Origin: a virus
Taxonomy: Duplodnaviria; Heunggongvirae; Uroviricota; Caudoviricetes
DNA: 64,000 nucleotides
Virus record (IMG/VR): IMGVR_UViG_3300032116_000060
Span: 39,086-103,085 of that record
Direction: 5' to 3' (one strand)
Shown in pieces: positions 1 through 9,422 of this stretch (the stretch's first letter is position 1; every line of letters begins with the position of its first letter). The translations under genes were made by a program, and so were the position numbers. The notes under the pieces were generated by a model. The model saw only the letters and a list, made by a program, of their open reading frames with translations. It had not been told where the DNA came from and ran no database searches.

Positions 1-345
1 GGCCTCCACTTCTAATGGGTTCTTTTGGTATGAACCCTTCCATTTATTGTATTTTGTTCGACAGGGTTGTAGTTGATGTGTCCATTCGTGTATAATGGTT
101 GCTATTAACTCTCTTACATCATCTACGTTGTGGTAATAAATTGTAATTTGGTTCTCTACATCATCGTAATCACCAACTATATTTTCCATTCTTTCCGCTG
201 ATAACCCCCATACAGGGTATAAGGCCTTACGCCCATTCACACCTAAATGGTTTTTACACCAGGTGATTGCCATTGAAGCTATTCGTAACATACCGGCTCT
301 TCCTAACTCTTCGCCGGTGGTCTTTAGGTATATACGTTTTGCCAT
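1..345 (-). CDS. partial CDS (N-terminal 115 aa in window; continues past window start) with an HExxH-like motif (IIHEWTHQ); possible metallopeptidase or SprT-like protein
   Basis: ATG at 343-345 (minus); open minus-strand frame runs to position 1 with no stop; HEWTH motif. Confidence 0.4.
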   Translation of the reverse strand, partial: MAKRIYLKTTGEELGRAGMLRIASMAITWCKNHLGVNGRKALYPVWGLSAERMENIVGDYDDVENQITIYYHNVDDVRELIATIIHEWTHQLQPCRTKYNKWKGSYQKNPLEVEA

Positions 346-560
346 AATTGGTGGATTTAGAACCTTAAAGATACGAAAAATTGTTGGAAAAACCAAATCT
401 CTCTCCCAACATCTATAAATATGATGGGACGCAAGAAAATAGAGGCAGTCTTCCCTACCTCTATTGAGTATTTTGTAAGAAACTTATGTAATAAAAGAGT
501 AAAAGAGAGAATAGAACTTTACTGGAAGATGCTTCTCACACTCATTACTAATCGTAACCC

Positions 561-755
561 TTATTTTACTACTGATGTAGAATCAGTCACCGTTGCGGTT
601 GTATCAACATTTACTACTGCTGAATCCACCACTACTGCGGTTGAATCGGTTGTAGCTTCAGTTGTACCTTTACCACCACATGCTGTCATACCAGCTGCTA
701 ATACGATAATTGCGAACACTTTTTTCATCTTTGTTTGTTTATATTTACTAATCAT
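561..755 (-). CDS. small Thr-rich putative lipoprotein
   Basis: N-terminal signal peptide with lipobox-like LAAGMTAC; overlaps a less convincing plus-strand ORF 421..765. Confidence 0.35.
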   Translation of the reverse strand: MISKYKQTKMKKVFAIIVLAAGMTACGGKGTTEATTDSTAVVVDSAVVNVDTTATVTDSTSVVK

Positions 756-824
756 TAAATTTTAAGAAAAGAGTGGGGAGAAAAATCCTCCCCCCTCTTA
801 ATAATTTGGGAATCCTTATGGATA

Positions 825-1013
825 TTAACCCAATAATTCAGCTCTTACAGCCTTCGCTTTCTTCAATGAAGGAGCGTACTGAGAAAGAACTTCACCATTG
901 AAACCTACTCTTACACGGTAGTTAATAGTGCCAGAAGGTGTTGTAATCTTCTGAATGTTTGGATACACTGTTTCATACATTGTAACCGCTTTCTTCTTTG
1001 ACATCTTTGCCAT
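825..1013 (-). CDS. hypothetical protein
   Basis: 62-aa ORF in the minus-strand gene chain. Confidence 0.4.
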   Translation of the reverse strand: MAKMSKKKAVTMYETVYPNIQKITTPSGTINYRVRVGFNGEVLSQYAPSLKKAKAVRAELLG

Positions 1014-1164
1014 AGTTTAAATTATCAGTTTGAATATCCCCTACTGATGGGAGGGTTTGTTATAGTTTAGAGGTCTTATTAAGGGAGCCTCTATTCTTCC
1101 CTTTTATTTACTTCGTAAAGATACGGTAAAATTTTGATTCTACCAAGTCTTTTTTGTTCTTTTT

Positions 1165-1374
1165 TTACCAAATATTCACTTCACTTACTCTTTCCGCCTC
1201 TCTGCCCCTAAAGTATGCTATCTTCTCATTAGCTTCCTTTGCCTTTAGGTAGTTTAACTCACCATTCCTTCTATCACCCCTACCATAACATCCGATGCTC
1301 GCCTCTAAGGCCATAATATACTTTGCTTCCCAAAACTCAATTTTTGGTAGATAACCATTTGGATACTTGTTCAT
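1165..1374 (-). CDS. hypothetical protein
   Basis: 69-aa ORF; class-B promoter motif 14 nt upstream (1388-1429). Confidence 0.55.
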   Translation of the reverse strand: MNKYPNGYLPKIEFWEAKYIMALEASIGCYGRGDRRNGELNYLKAKEANEKIAYFRGREAERVSEVNIW

Positions 1375-1387
1375 AACTCTCTCTTTT

Positions 1388-1429
1388 TATTACATAGTAA
1401 AGATAAGGGAAAGTCTTGAATTTTCCAAG
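1388..1429 (-). promoter_or_regulatory. class-B motif (coding strand: CTTGGAAAATTCAAG ... CTTTACTATGTAATA) immediately upstream of the ATG
   Basis: TATTACATAGTAAAG + CTTGAATTTTCCAAG on the plus strand. Confidence 0.45.
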
Positions 1430-1445
1430 CGTTTCCCCATTTATT

Positions 1446-1688
1446 TTACCAACACATCATATTACCTGCTCTATCCCATTCCTTAGCACTACTTTCAGTT
1501 GCTTTGTGAACGGTAGTATAATCCACCTTTAGGTTAGAGTTTCCAAACTGGCGTTTCACCTCAGCCATAAACTCTATGATGTTCTTAGCCCAAATATCAT
1601 TGAACCCACCACCTATCCAATTGAATTGGTATCGGTATTGACCTTTTGAGTTCTTTAACAATTTCTCTCTCTTAACTGATGCTCTCAT
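1446..1688 (-). CDS. hypothetical protein
   Basis: 80-aa ORF, 1-nt spacer to the upstream gene. Confidence 0.55.
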   Translation of the reverse strand: MRASVKREKLLKNSKGQYRYQFNWIGGGFNDIWAKNIIEFMAEVKRQFGNSNLKVDYTTVHKATESSAKEWDRAGNMMCW

Positions 1689-1689
1689 A

Positions 1690-2268
1690 TTAAATTAAGT
1701 TTAATGCTTTCTCAATGTTAGATTCTGAATAACCATACCCTTTGGCCTTCGCAATTGCGTTTTCCAAAGTAAGGGGACCGAACACATACTCACCGGCAAT
1801 TAACCCTTTCAAACACTTAACGGCTGATGGCCAACTCCCATGCGGAGCCTGATTACTACAATGAACATACTTAGCGTAGATGTCTAACTTAGTACCATTA
1901 TCAGTTTTACCTGGCTCACTATACTCATAGATGTCATGCATACCATCATACTTACCACCGGCTAACGAATTGGTAAACCCATTGATTGTTTTCCATTCAG
2001 TAGAATCATAATCCAAATCTGAACCATCGGAGTTACACACATTAACCGAAACTGAATTACCATTAGCGAACACCTCTGAACTAGCCCACACTAATAGGTT
2101 AGGATAGTTTTTCTTAACAAAGGCCTTACTCATCGAAGCCACTTCTTTACGACCGATAGAGATGTAAGGGGTTTCTAAAGGTTTTCCCCAATAATCGGTA
2201 GTACGAAGGCAGGTAGATGGAACTTCAAACTCCATACCTACATAACTGAATTTCAATTTGTTTTTCAT
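1690..2268 (-). CDS. hypothetical protein
   Basis: 192-aa ORF; class-B promoter motif at 2281-2323. Confidence 0.6.
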   Translation of the reverse strand: MKNKLKFSYVGMEFEVPSTCLRTTDYWGKPLETPYISIGRKEVASMSKAFVKKNYPNLLVWASSEVFANGNSVSVNVCNSDGSDLDYDSTEWKTINGFTNSLAGGKYDGMHDIYEYSEPGKTDNGTKLDIYAKYVHCSNQAPHGSWPSAVKCLKGLIAGEYVFGPLTLENAIAKAKGYGYSESNIEKALNLI

Positions 2269-2280
2269 ATCTCTCTCATT

Positions 2281-2323
2281 TATTACATAGTAAATCTACT
2301 AAAAAAGATTGAATAATCCAAGC
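2281..2323 (-). promoter_or_regulatory. class-B motif
   Basis: TATTACATAGTAAA ... TTGAATAATCCAAGC. Confidence 0.45.
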
Positions 2324-2388
2324 ATTTCCTCAATTATTTTTTGGATTTTCGTAAGTCGTTGGTAATCAATGCTGTATAGACGATATCA

Positions 2389-2400
2389 ATCTGTATATAC
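2389..2400. promoter_or_regulatory. perfect 12-bp palindrome CTGTATATACAG in a divergent intergenic region
   Basis: lies between minus-strand gene start 2268 and plus-strand ORFs starting near 2471; flanking CAGTCCC...GGGACTG inverted repeat. Confidence 0.3.
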
Positions 2401-2686
2401 AGTCCCCCAATCCGAAGGGCTGGTTTAGTACAGATAGGGACTGGATTAAACAGCATTAGTTTTTCCGACCATGGAGACAGAATCCTTGCGCTTCCATGAC
2501 TCCCTCATTATCAACGAGTTACGCCCCCTTATAGGGATATACTATCCTCCCGCCCGCCCTACTAAGGTACGGCTTTTCCTCCACAAATCCAAGCAAAACC
2601 CCAACTTTTTTTTCGAAAATGGGAAAATAAATATCGGAAAACGCTTGGATATATCACTGCTTTTCCCTATGTTTGTTATGTAATAA

Positions 2687-2917
2687 ATGATAATAGATAT
2701 GAAAGTAGAAACCCTAATTGAGAGAATGAATGAGGAAAACGTAAATCGCCTCCACTCTTATTGTGCAAACTATCCTAATGTTGGTAAATACCTTATGGAT
2801 GAATTAAATACCCTATCCTATTGGACTCACCTCACTTATGAGAACATCGCAAATCTAAACGATGCATTAAATTGTGGTTGGAGACCGGCGGAGATTGGAA
2901 ACCTATTTCACAAATAA
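2687..2917 (+). CDS. hypothetical protein
   Basis: 76-aa ORF, first of three consecutive plus-strand ORFs in a strand-switch island. Confidence 0.4.
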   Translation: MIIDMKVETLIERMNEENVNRLHSYCANYPNVGKYLMDELNTLSYWTHLTYENIANLNDALNCGWRPAEIGNLFHK

Positions 2918-2938
2918 TAAACCTTAAAACATAAAACT

Positions 2939-3232
2939 ATGAGTATTGAATGGAAATTGGACAAGAAGTCCGGAAAAGAATTCACTAAGGTCTCAAACTT
3001 CCGAGTAGAACCAACCCCTCATCATGTATTTGGTGATATGGTAACTATAACTAAAGGGCCTTCATTTGGTTCTGAACTCTTTGGGAAAAGGTATGTAACA
3101 TATAATAAAGCCGTTGCCGCCATTACCCTCATTACTTCTGACCGATTAGCTAGTAAGACCTCTAAAGAAGAATCCGAAGAGAATATGGCCATTAGAGAAC
3201 AATTAATCGTTGAAGGTTATGTCGAACTTTAA
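2939..3232 (+). CDS. hypothetical protein
   Basis: 97-aa ORF. Confidence 0.45.
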   Translation: MSIEWKLDKKSGKEFTKVSNFRVEPTPHHVFGDMVTITKGPSFGSELFGKRYVTYNKAVAAITLITSDRLASKTSKEESEENMAIREQLIVEGYVEL

Positions 3233-3548
3233 AGAATTATCCGATGAGGAACTAAAAGGGCTGAGTGATGACCAGCTTTTCGATTACTTAGACCGAAAGG
3301 CCGCACATCTTCGTAACAACAACATCATCAAACCATTAGGTTCTTATCACACAAAACATTTCGCAGCATTTACTAAAGGTGAAGCCTTAACTACCGATGA
3401 GCTAAAAAAAGCAAAAGAGTTGGGTAGAGCCGGTGATGAAGCCTATTCTGAATCCCTTAAGGATGCCGCGATTGGTAAAGGTGGAGACCCTCTATACAAT
3501 GACCCAAAAATAAAAGTGAAGGTCAGAGGTGGTGGTTGGGTAGATTAA
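3210..3548 (+). CDS. hypothetical protein
   Basis: 112-aa ORF, coiled-coil / charged. Confidence 0.45.
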   Translation: MKVMSNFKELSDEELKGLSDDQLFDYLDRKAAHLRNNNIIKPLGSYHTKHFAAFTKGEALTTDELKKAKELGRAGDEAYSESLKDAAIGKGGDPLYNDPKIKVKVRGGGWVD

Positions 3549-4091
3549 TATGTAACACCGAATTTACATTTGTTACATACTATTTACAATTGTAACCGAA
3601 TAAAATTCTGCTCTCGTCGGCTGTGCACCGAATAATTTCTAACAAAAGGGGATAAAATATAGAAAAAATTTTGGTATAAACGCTTGGATATGTGAATTTT
3701 TTGTTGTACCTTTGCGTGCCAGGAAAAAATCGTTCTATGTATGGATGTGTATATGCCACTTCCTCCCACTTTCCCCCACTTTTTCACACCGTTCATAATA
3801 TTAAGAAATTAACATTAAAGAGTATAATACGGATGCTTTCACCCTCACCCCACCTTACTACACCACATAGTGAAAAGGTTTAGTACTTAATCGCTAATCA
3901 CTCCTTTTAAACCCCCATATCTCCATTTTGCCACCACATCTCCACACTCCCTATACCCATATACCCTATCTAATAAAATTCCTTTAATAGGGTGAATAGA
4001 AGGATTATCCCCCCTCTTAATACCAACCATATGGGGATTAGGATTATCAGCAGTTTGATTACCTCTATCCCTACTCTCTTTTTATTACTTT

Positions 4092-4289
4092 TTATTTTGT
4101 TAGGCATCTCCAACATATCCCCTCCTCTCCTAATGGTAGTGAACACTTATGGCATAGGGTTTGGTTCTCCTTTCTATTCAGTATGTGGTGTATCTGATGG
4201 CATAGTTCGTACTCTTCTATCTTTATGAGTGTTTCGATTAATCTTTGTAAACCTTCTCTTCTTCTCTTATCTATACTTATCTTATTCAT
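4092..4289 (-). CDS. small Cys-rich (CxxC...CxxC) zinc-ribbon-like protein
   Basis: 65-aa ORF with HKCS / CWRC pairs. Confidence 0.35.
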   Translation of the reverse strand: MNKISIDKRRREGLQRLIETLIKIEEYELCHQIHHILNRKENQTLCHKCSLPLGEEGICWRCLTK

Positions 4290-4311
4290 ACTCTATACTA
4301 TGGCTATACTC

Positions 4312-4704
4312 TTATGCTGAATTATTTTTAGTTTCCGCCAATTTTTCTAATTGGGTTACCTTCTCTTCTAAAACGGCTATCTTATCTAATAGGTTCACTC
4401 CTCCCACTACCATATTCCCCTCTACCTCTACATTACCCCATTCGGAATTCGTTTCTCCATCCCCCCTACTCTTTCGTATGAGGAGGTTAGATGCCGTAAC
4501 CCCTCCATTGATTAGGGCTGCCGATGAAGTTACCGGTCCTCTTAGGTACACCCATTGGGATTGTTGAACGATAAGGTTACCCGTTAGGGTTATATCCCCA
4601 TACATATCCAATGAGCCACTTATAAGGTAAGGTTGTCTCTCACCCGCTCCAACCCTCTTTACGGGTATGAACGCTTCCTCTCCATCTCGGATTTCTATTA
4701 TCAT
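4312..4704 (-). CDS. hypothetical protein with C-terminal coiled coil (fibre-like?)
   Basis: 130-aa ORF; Gly/Val-rich beta-like region then heptad-like C-terminus. Confidence 0.5.
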   Translation of the reverse strand: MIIEIRDGEEAFIPVKRVGAGERQPYLISGSLDMYGDITLTGNLIVQQSQWVYLRGPVTSSAALINGGVTASNLLIRKSRGDGETNSEWGNVEVEGNMVVGGVNLLDKIAVLEEKVTQLEKLAETKNNSA

Positions 4705-4934
4705 ATAGAATCTATTATCATTGTTCCTTTATTAATCCAACCCTCTCTTACCTCTATCCACATACCCTTACATATTTCCTTCACTATACTCTTCACCGCT
4801 TCCGAATTTCCGGTAATGATTTCTAATGGAGTATCGTATTGGTTTAGTAGTATCCAATTCTCTAACTCCTCCATCACTTCGGTGTGGCTCTTTCGATGGC
4901 AATCGTATGTTTTATATAATCCCCCCATATCCAA
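4701..4934 (-). CDS. hypothetical protein
   Basis: 77-aa ORF overlapping neighbours by 4 nt. Confidence 0.45.
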   Translation of the reverse strand: MDMGGLYKTYDCHRKSHTEVMEELENWILLNQYDTPLEIITGNSEAVKSIVKEICKGMWIEVREGWINKGTMIIDSI

Positions 4935-5631
4935 ATCTTTTTATATCTTCCGCAAACCAATTAGTAATGACATCGTACAAACCCGGTCTTTCACTTTGAA
5001 TGATGAATCGGATTAAGCGGGTTTCATTACTCCTATGATGAATGTTTTCTAAATTGTTCTCAACCGTTTTCCAAAAACCAATAAAGATTTGCCAATCCCA
5101 TTCACTCATTTCGATACCCAAATCATCTAATAACCCCAATCCACCCTTTCGAACTAAGGGTTCGGTAGAACTCCAATCCGGATTTGCGTTGGGGGCAGGC
5201 CAATTCGCCATTCGGTTTATCTCATCACCTATATCTTCTATTCGGTAGGTTTTACCACTAAATCCCATTTCGTTTAGTATCACACCTTGCCTTTCGTAAT
5301 GCCAATCATCTCTTATATCCCCATTTTTTGATTTCTCTATCCACCTTTCCATTTTTCGGATTATATCACCCCTCTCTACAAAATCCCAATCTCCACCTCT
5401 CGGTACCGTATGTGAATGTAAGAATCCACTAAAAAATCGGTTAATAGGATTACGGGTCACCGCAATACTTTCTCTACCTCCTATATACTCACCCGTTACC
5501 TCAATCCCTTTCCAATTAAGGAATAGTTTGAGTGTATAGGTGAAAAGGGTACTACCACCTTTGTTAAAAGTGATAATTGTTTTATCCCTATCTACTAAAT
5601 GTATTGCTTTCATAAACTTAAATACTATCAA
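4912..5631 (-). CDS. sulfotransferase-like protein
   Basis: FNKGGSTL (5'-PSB-like P-loop) and VTRNPINRFFSGF (3'-PB RNPxxRxxS-like) motifs; paralogous motifs in 9419..10273. Confidence 0.5.
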   Translation of the reverse strand: MIVFKFMKAIHLVDRDKTIITFNKGGSTLFTYTLKLFLNWKGIEVTGEYIGGRESIAVTRNPINRFFSGFLHSHTVPRGGDWDFVERGDIIRKMERWIEKSKNGDIRDDWHYERQGVILNEMGFSGKTYRIEDIGDEINRMANWPAPNANPDWSSTEPLVRKGGLGLLDDLGIEMSEWDWQIFIGFWKTVENNLENIHHRSNETRLIRFIIQSERPGLYDVITNWFAEDIKRFGYGGII

Positions 5632-5723
5632 TAAATCTTATCCTCCGAAATTTTTCGGACCCGAAGGACAAAGGGAGAACGATACCCCCAACCCCCGCCC
5701 CGCTCAACGGCTATTGTTGTGAG

Positions 5724-6230
5724 TTATCCTAAACCCTCTTCAAATATAATCGGTTCTCCTTCTTTTAAAGTAATCTCTATTTGAAAGATACTACCCTTAT
5801 CAAAATGGTATTCACTATTATTGATTTCACTATCCCAATATAATTCATATAGGTCTATCTCTTCCGCCAACTCTTCTGATAATTCTGGTGTGAAATCACT
5901 TGCTATAATTTCAGTATCACCATCACTCATATCCTCACATATAAAATGCTGAGTTAAATCCATAGAGCCGATTTCCCCTAATGGTAGATTCTCTAATGTT
6001 TGTATTAAGGAATCCAAATCATCCACATCATATCCTAACCTCACCCATTTCCAATTGGTATCCACTTCCAAATTAAAATCACTACCTTCATAGTTTCCAT
6101 AATGTTCGGTATATTCTACTAATGACCACTTTGTTAATGATAGTAATATTGAATCTATATTACCCCTTTCTTCCTTTAACTTTGTGAGGAATTCGATTTG
6201 ATTTTTCGATATGTTTTGCATTTTATTCAT
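5724..6230 (-). CDS. hypothetical acidic protein
   Basis: 168-aa ORF. Confidence 0.55.
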   Translation of the reverse strand: MNKMQNISKNQIEFLTKLKEERGNIDSILLSLTKWSLVEYTEHYGNYEGSDFNLEVDTNWKWVRLGYDVDDLDSLIQTLENLPLGEIGSMDLTQHFICEDMSDGDTEIIASDFTPELSEELAEEIDLYELYWDSEINNSEYHFDKGSIFQIEITLKEGEPIIFEEGLG

Positions 6231-6531
6231 TTGAGTAGTTAATTATTATTTTTTCTAAAACTTTTTCAAAATCATCTACTTGCTTAAAGTGTTTTAAATC
6301 TACCATTCTCCTTACTATATTCCCATCTTCTTTCCACGCCCATACTTCATATATCAACTTTTTATCACCTATTGGCAGCCTTTCGACCTGAATTGTAAAC
6401 TTTTTGAGAGTTTTAATGTTTGATACTAAAAATTGGTATTGATTATCACCTATCAATTCATAGTTCTCAACCCACCACTCTCTTAATACAACTCTATCTA
6501 TTATAGTCTCTATATTTTGAATTAGTAGCAT
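6223..6531 (-). CDS. hypothetical protein
   Basis: 102-aa ORF, overlaps the downstream start. Confidence 0.55.
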   Translation of the reverse strand: MLLIQNIETIIDRVVLREWWVENYELIGDNQYQFLVSNIKTLKKFTIQVERLPIGDKKLIYEVWAWKEDGNIVRRMVDLKHFKQVDDFEKVLEKIIINYSNE

Positions 6532-6788
6532 TACTCACCAATCTTCAAAAGTGATTTATAATCAAAACTTCTCCAACCTTCTTTATCCAAATCCCACACC
6601 ATAATCAGGTCGGTATTTGTTGTAGTTGATTTAGCTATTGTATCCGAAGTCGTCTTTGGATGTTTTTCTTCTGGTATTACATCGAATGATTTAGTGCATC
6701 TCATTACTCTATCACTACCATCTTTTTTCTTAAAGGTTACTACCACTTCACCCTCTTTCAAACTTTCTACTAATTCTTCTTTTGTCAT
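6531..6788 (-). CDS. hypothetical protein
   Basis: 85-aa ORF. Confidence 0.55.
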   Translation of the reverse strand: MTKEELVESLKEGEVVVTFKKKDGSDRVMRCTKSFDVIPEEKHPKTTSDTIAKSTTTNTDLIMVWDLDKEGWRSFDYKSLLKIGE

Positions 6789-6792
6789 AATT

Positions 6793-7437
6793 TTATTTCT
6801 TATAGTATTTCCAAACTTCTTCTAATTGTTTACGGTCTTTAATCACATATCGGTACTTATCACCCGCAATCCAATTTTTTACACCGGTTGCTTCATATTC
6901 AGATGTGATATAGTAATCCTTATCTTGAAAGAATGGTTCTTCTTCCCAATCAGCTGGAAGCATCTCTCTTGTTACATCAACATAAAATGTTTTTGGTTCG
7001 AATGGAAACTCTTTAATGTATTGTCTACTCCTAATCCCCTCAACAGTTCCGCTGAAGTTGTCCCAATTGTTTCCACTTTCACCGACCGTATCCCCTCTCC
7101 ATATAATTGCATCTAAATACCATACACCACTATCATCTTTAAACACAGCGGAGTTTCTTTTATTTTGATATAATATACCATCGGGATCACTTGATCCTTC
7201 AGACCATTCATCGTCTTCACCCGTTAATGGGGAAATGGTTTGAAATGTGCATAATTTATTGATTACCGATGAAATTATTGCGGAGGTATATGGGGCAGAA
7301 CCGCCACTTTGCCCACTTTGACTAAACTTTTTGCATATAGCCAGTATTTCATCTTTAAAATCTAATGCTATTGCATCAGGTACTACCTTACTCAAAATCT
7401 CAAATTCAACTTCGGCGTGTGATTTTGTATTTGTCAT
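6793..7437 (-). CDS. hypothetical protein
   Basis: 214-aa ORF. Confidence 0.6.
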   Translation of the reverse strand: MTNTKSHAEVEFEILSKVVPDAIALDFKDEILAICKKFSQSGQSGGSAPYTSAIISSVINKLCTFQTISPLTGEDDEWSEGSSDPDGILYQNKRNSAVFKDDSGVWYLDAIIWRGDTVGESGNNWDNFSGTVEGIRSRQYIKEFPFEPKTFYVDVTREMLPADWEEEPFFQDKDYYITSEYEATGVKNWIAGDKYRYVIKDRKQLEEVWKYYKK

Positions 7438-7606
7438 TTTATTTTTGTTTTTCTTTTATTAACTTTAAATTTAGATATGAAGCACCACCTATAAGAATTA
7501 AACCTATTCCTCCTAAACCTGGTGAGTCATCCACCTCACCAAATACAACTGCCAAAGTTCCTACTATTGTAATCAGTATTACCGATAATGCTTTTAAATT
7601 TTTCAT

Positions 7607-7924
7607 TTATTCTTCGTTTATTTCGTTTTCTATTGATTCATCACCCACTTCACCCCTTTCCTCTTCATCTTTCATCCTCAATCCATCTGCAGCAACTGCA
7701 AATCCAACAATATAACCTGCAATCCAACTATCCTTATCTAATCCACTTCCAAAATCAAAATCACCTAATGCTACATCCTTAACATTTTCAATCCAATCAA
7801 TCTTTTCTTTAATTGAATCAATCTTTGTTTGCTTTGCCCACTTACCCATACCATTTACAGGTTCTTGTGATAAGGCCTCTTGCAATTGTAATCGATAATT
7901 TTTTTCTAAATTCATATTATTCAA
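7607..7924 (-). CDS. hypothetical acidic protein
   Basis: 105-aa ORF. Confidence 0.5.
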   Translation of the reverse strand: MNNMNLEKNYRLQLQEALSQEPVNGMGKWAKQTKIDSIKEKIDWIENVKDVALGDFDFGSGLDKDSWIAGYIVGFAVAADGLRMKDEEERGEVGDESIENEINEE

Positions 7925-8147
7925 TTTTAATTTTTAATCCCATTCGTTTCAACTCACCCCTCCACTTATCCAACTCTTCAATAAATCCCTCTTTGATTAT
8001 ACACTTTCCGGTATTATGAACTATAAGAGCACATTGTTCTGCCTGATAAATGTTATACCCACACACTTCCATCAATGCCAATATAACACCATCGAAGGAG
8101 TTTACATTATCATTAAGCAAAATCAATTTTTTCTTATTCATTATCAT
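7917..8147 (-). CDS. clpS: ATP-dependent Clp protease adaptor ClpS-like protein
   Basis: 76 aa; matches the ClpS core (LILLNDNVNSFDGVILALMEVCGY..QAEQCALIVHNTGKC). Confidence 0.6.
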   Translation of the reverse strand: MIMNKKKLILLNDNVNSFDGVILALMEVCGYNIYQAEQCALIVHNTGKCIIKEGFIEELDKWRGELKRMGLKIKIE

Positions 8148-8355
8148 TCATTCTACTTTCTAACCATTTCAATCTATCTTCGATTTGTTTATCTTTTTTA
8201 TTCCACATAGCTCTAATCTTCTTTCCCAATTCCATATCATTACTCTCATCTTTGATTATCGATGAATCAATTTTAAGAAACAATCTATCTTCTAATGCCA
8301 TTTCTTTCATTTGTTTACAATATAACTTTTTTTGCTCTTCTGCATCCTTTCTCAT
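8134..8355 (-). CDS. hypothetical protein
   Basis: 73-aa charged ORF. Confidence 0.5.
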   Translation of the reverse strand: MRKDAEEQKKLYCKQMKEMALEDRLFLKIDSSIIKDESNDMELGKKIRAMWNKKDKQIEDRLKWLESRMNDNE

Positions 8356-9422
8356 ATTAAATGTGGTTTTGCTTCTATCATTCCTGCATTCGTAACCTCA
8401 ACATAATCTGGTTTAAATTCTTTTAGATTATTTGCTCCCGCATAACTTAAAGCAGATTTTACTCCATCTAATATACCATTAACGATGAACTTAACCCCTC
8501 CTTTATATGGAACTACTGTACTCTCTCCCTCAACATTTCTCGCCTGTTGGTTGTGTGTTAGTTTAGTTTCCAAAGATGCTGCACCTCTATATCTTTTATA
8601 TAAACCATTTGCCTTTTCTATAATTTGACCAGGTGCTTCGTCAGTTCCCGCCAATAATGAGCCTAACATAACATTAGATGCTCCTATTGCCAATGCCTTT
8701 GCTATATCACCGCTACTTCTTATCCCACCATCTGCCATAACCGGCACAGTTGAAACTTCTAAAACTTGTTGAAGAGAAGTAACATTTGGAATACCAAAGC
8801 CTGTTTTAACTCTTGTAGTGCAAAGAGAACCTCCACCAATACCAACTCTTAATCCATCAGCCCCTGCCCTTTCTAAATCAATAGCCGCATCCGCAGTTGC
8901 TATATTTCCAGCTATTACATCAACTTTATCATTCAGATTATCCTTACACCACTTAATCATCTGAATAACATTCTTATGATGACCATGTGCTACATCAATT
9001 AGGAGAACATTCACACCCGCATCAGTAATCATTTTTGCTCTATCCTTATCTTCACTTTGAACTCCTATGGCCGCCATAATTGGAACATAAGGTTCTTCGG
9101 CATGCCAATCATCATACATTACCCCCCAATCTTCAAATGGGCCACCAAAGCCATCTCCATAGATTCGGTATCTCAAATTCCTAATTATTTCAACTTGCTC
9201 TTCAATCGTCATAAATCGATGCACACAACCAACTCCTCCCAATAACATCATTTTATAGGCCATCTCTTCACCACATATAGTATCCATAGGTGATGCAACA
9301 ATTGGATTCAACAAACCATATCTTCTACTTAATAGGGTATTGAGGCTGATGTTTTGTCTTGATGTGATTTCCGAATAAGCGGGAACTAATTGGATGTCAT
9401 CGTAAGTTAATGCTTTCATCAT
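8352..9422 (-). CDS. IMP dehydrogenase / GMP reductase family protein (no CBS domains; GMP-reductase-like)
   Basis: 356 aa; catalytic Cys loop [19 protein letters not shown] motifs of the IMPDH/GMPR TIM barrel. Confidence 0.75.
   Translation of the reverse strand: MMKALTYDDIQLVPAYSEITSRQNISLNTLLSRRYGLLNPIVASPMDTICGEEMAYKMMLLGGVGCVHRFMTIEEQVEIIRNLRYRIYGDGFGGPFEDWGVMYDDWHAEEPYVPIMAAIGVQSEDKDRAKMITDAGVNVLLIDVAHGHHKNVIQMIKWCKDNLNDKVDVIAGNIATADAAIDLERAGADGLRVGIGGGSLCTTRVKTGFGIPNVTSLQQVLEVSTVPVMADGGIRSSGDIAKALAIGASNVMLGSLLAGTDEAPGQIIEKANGLYKRYRGAASLETKLTHNQQARNVEGESTVVPYKGGVKFIVNGILDGVKSALSYAGANNLKEFKPDYVEVTNAGMIEAKPHLI

Noticed and set aside
421-765. Plus-strand 114-aa ORF
   Set aside because: It lies antisense to a minus-strand ORF that has a proper signal peptide and lipobox, and its own composition is poorly protein-like. 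Surrounding genes are all minus strand
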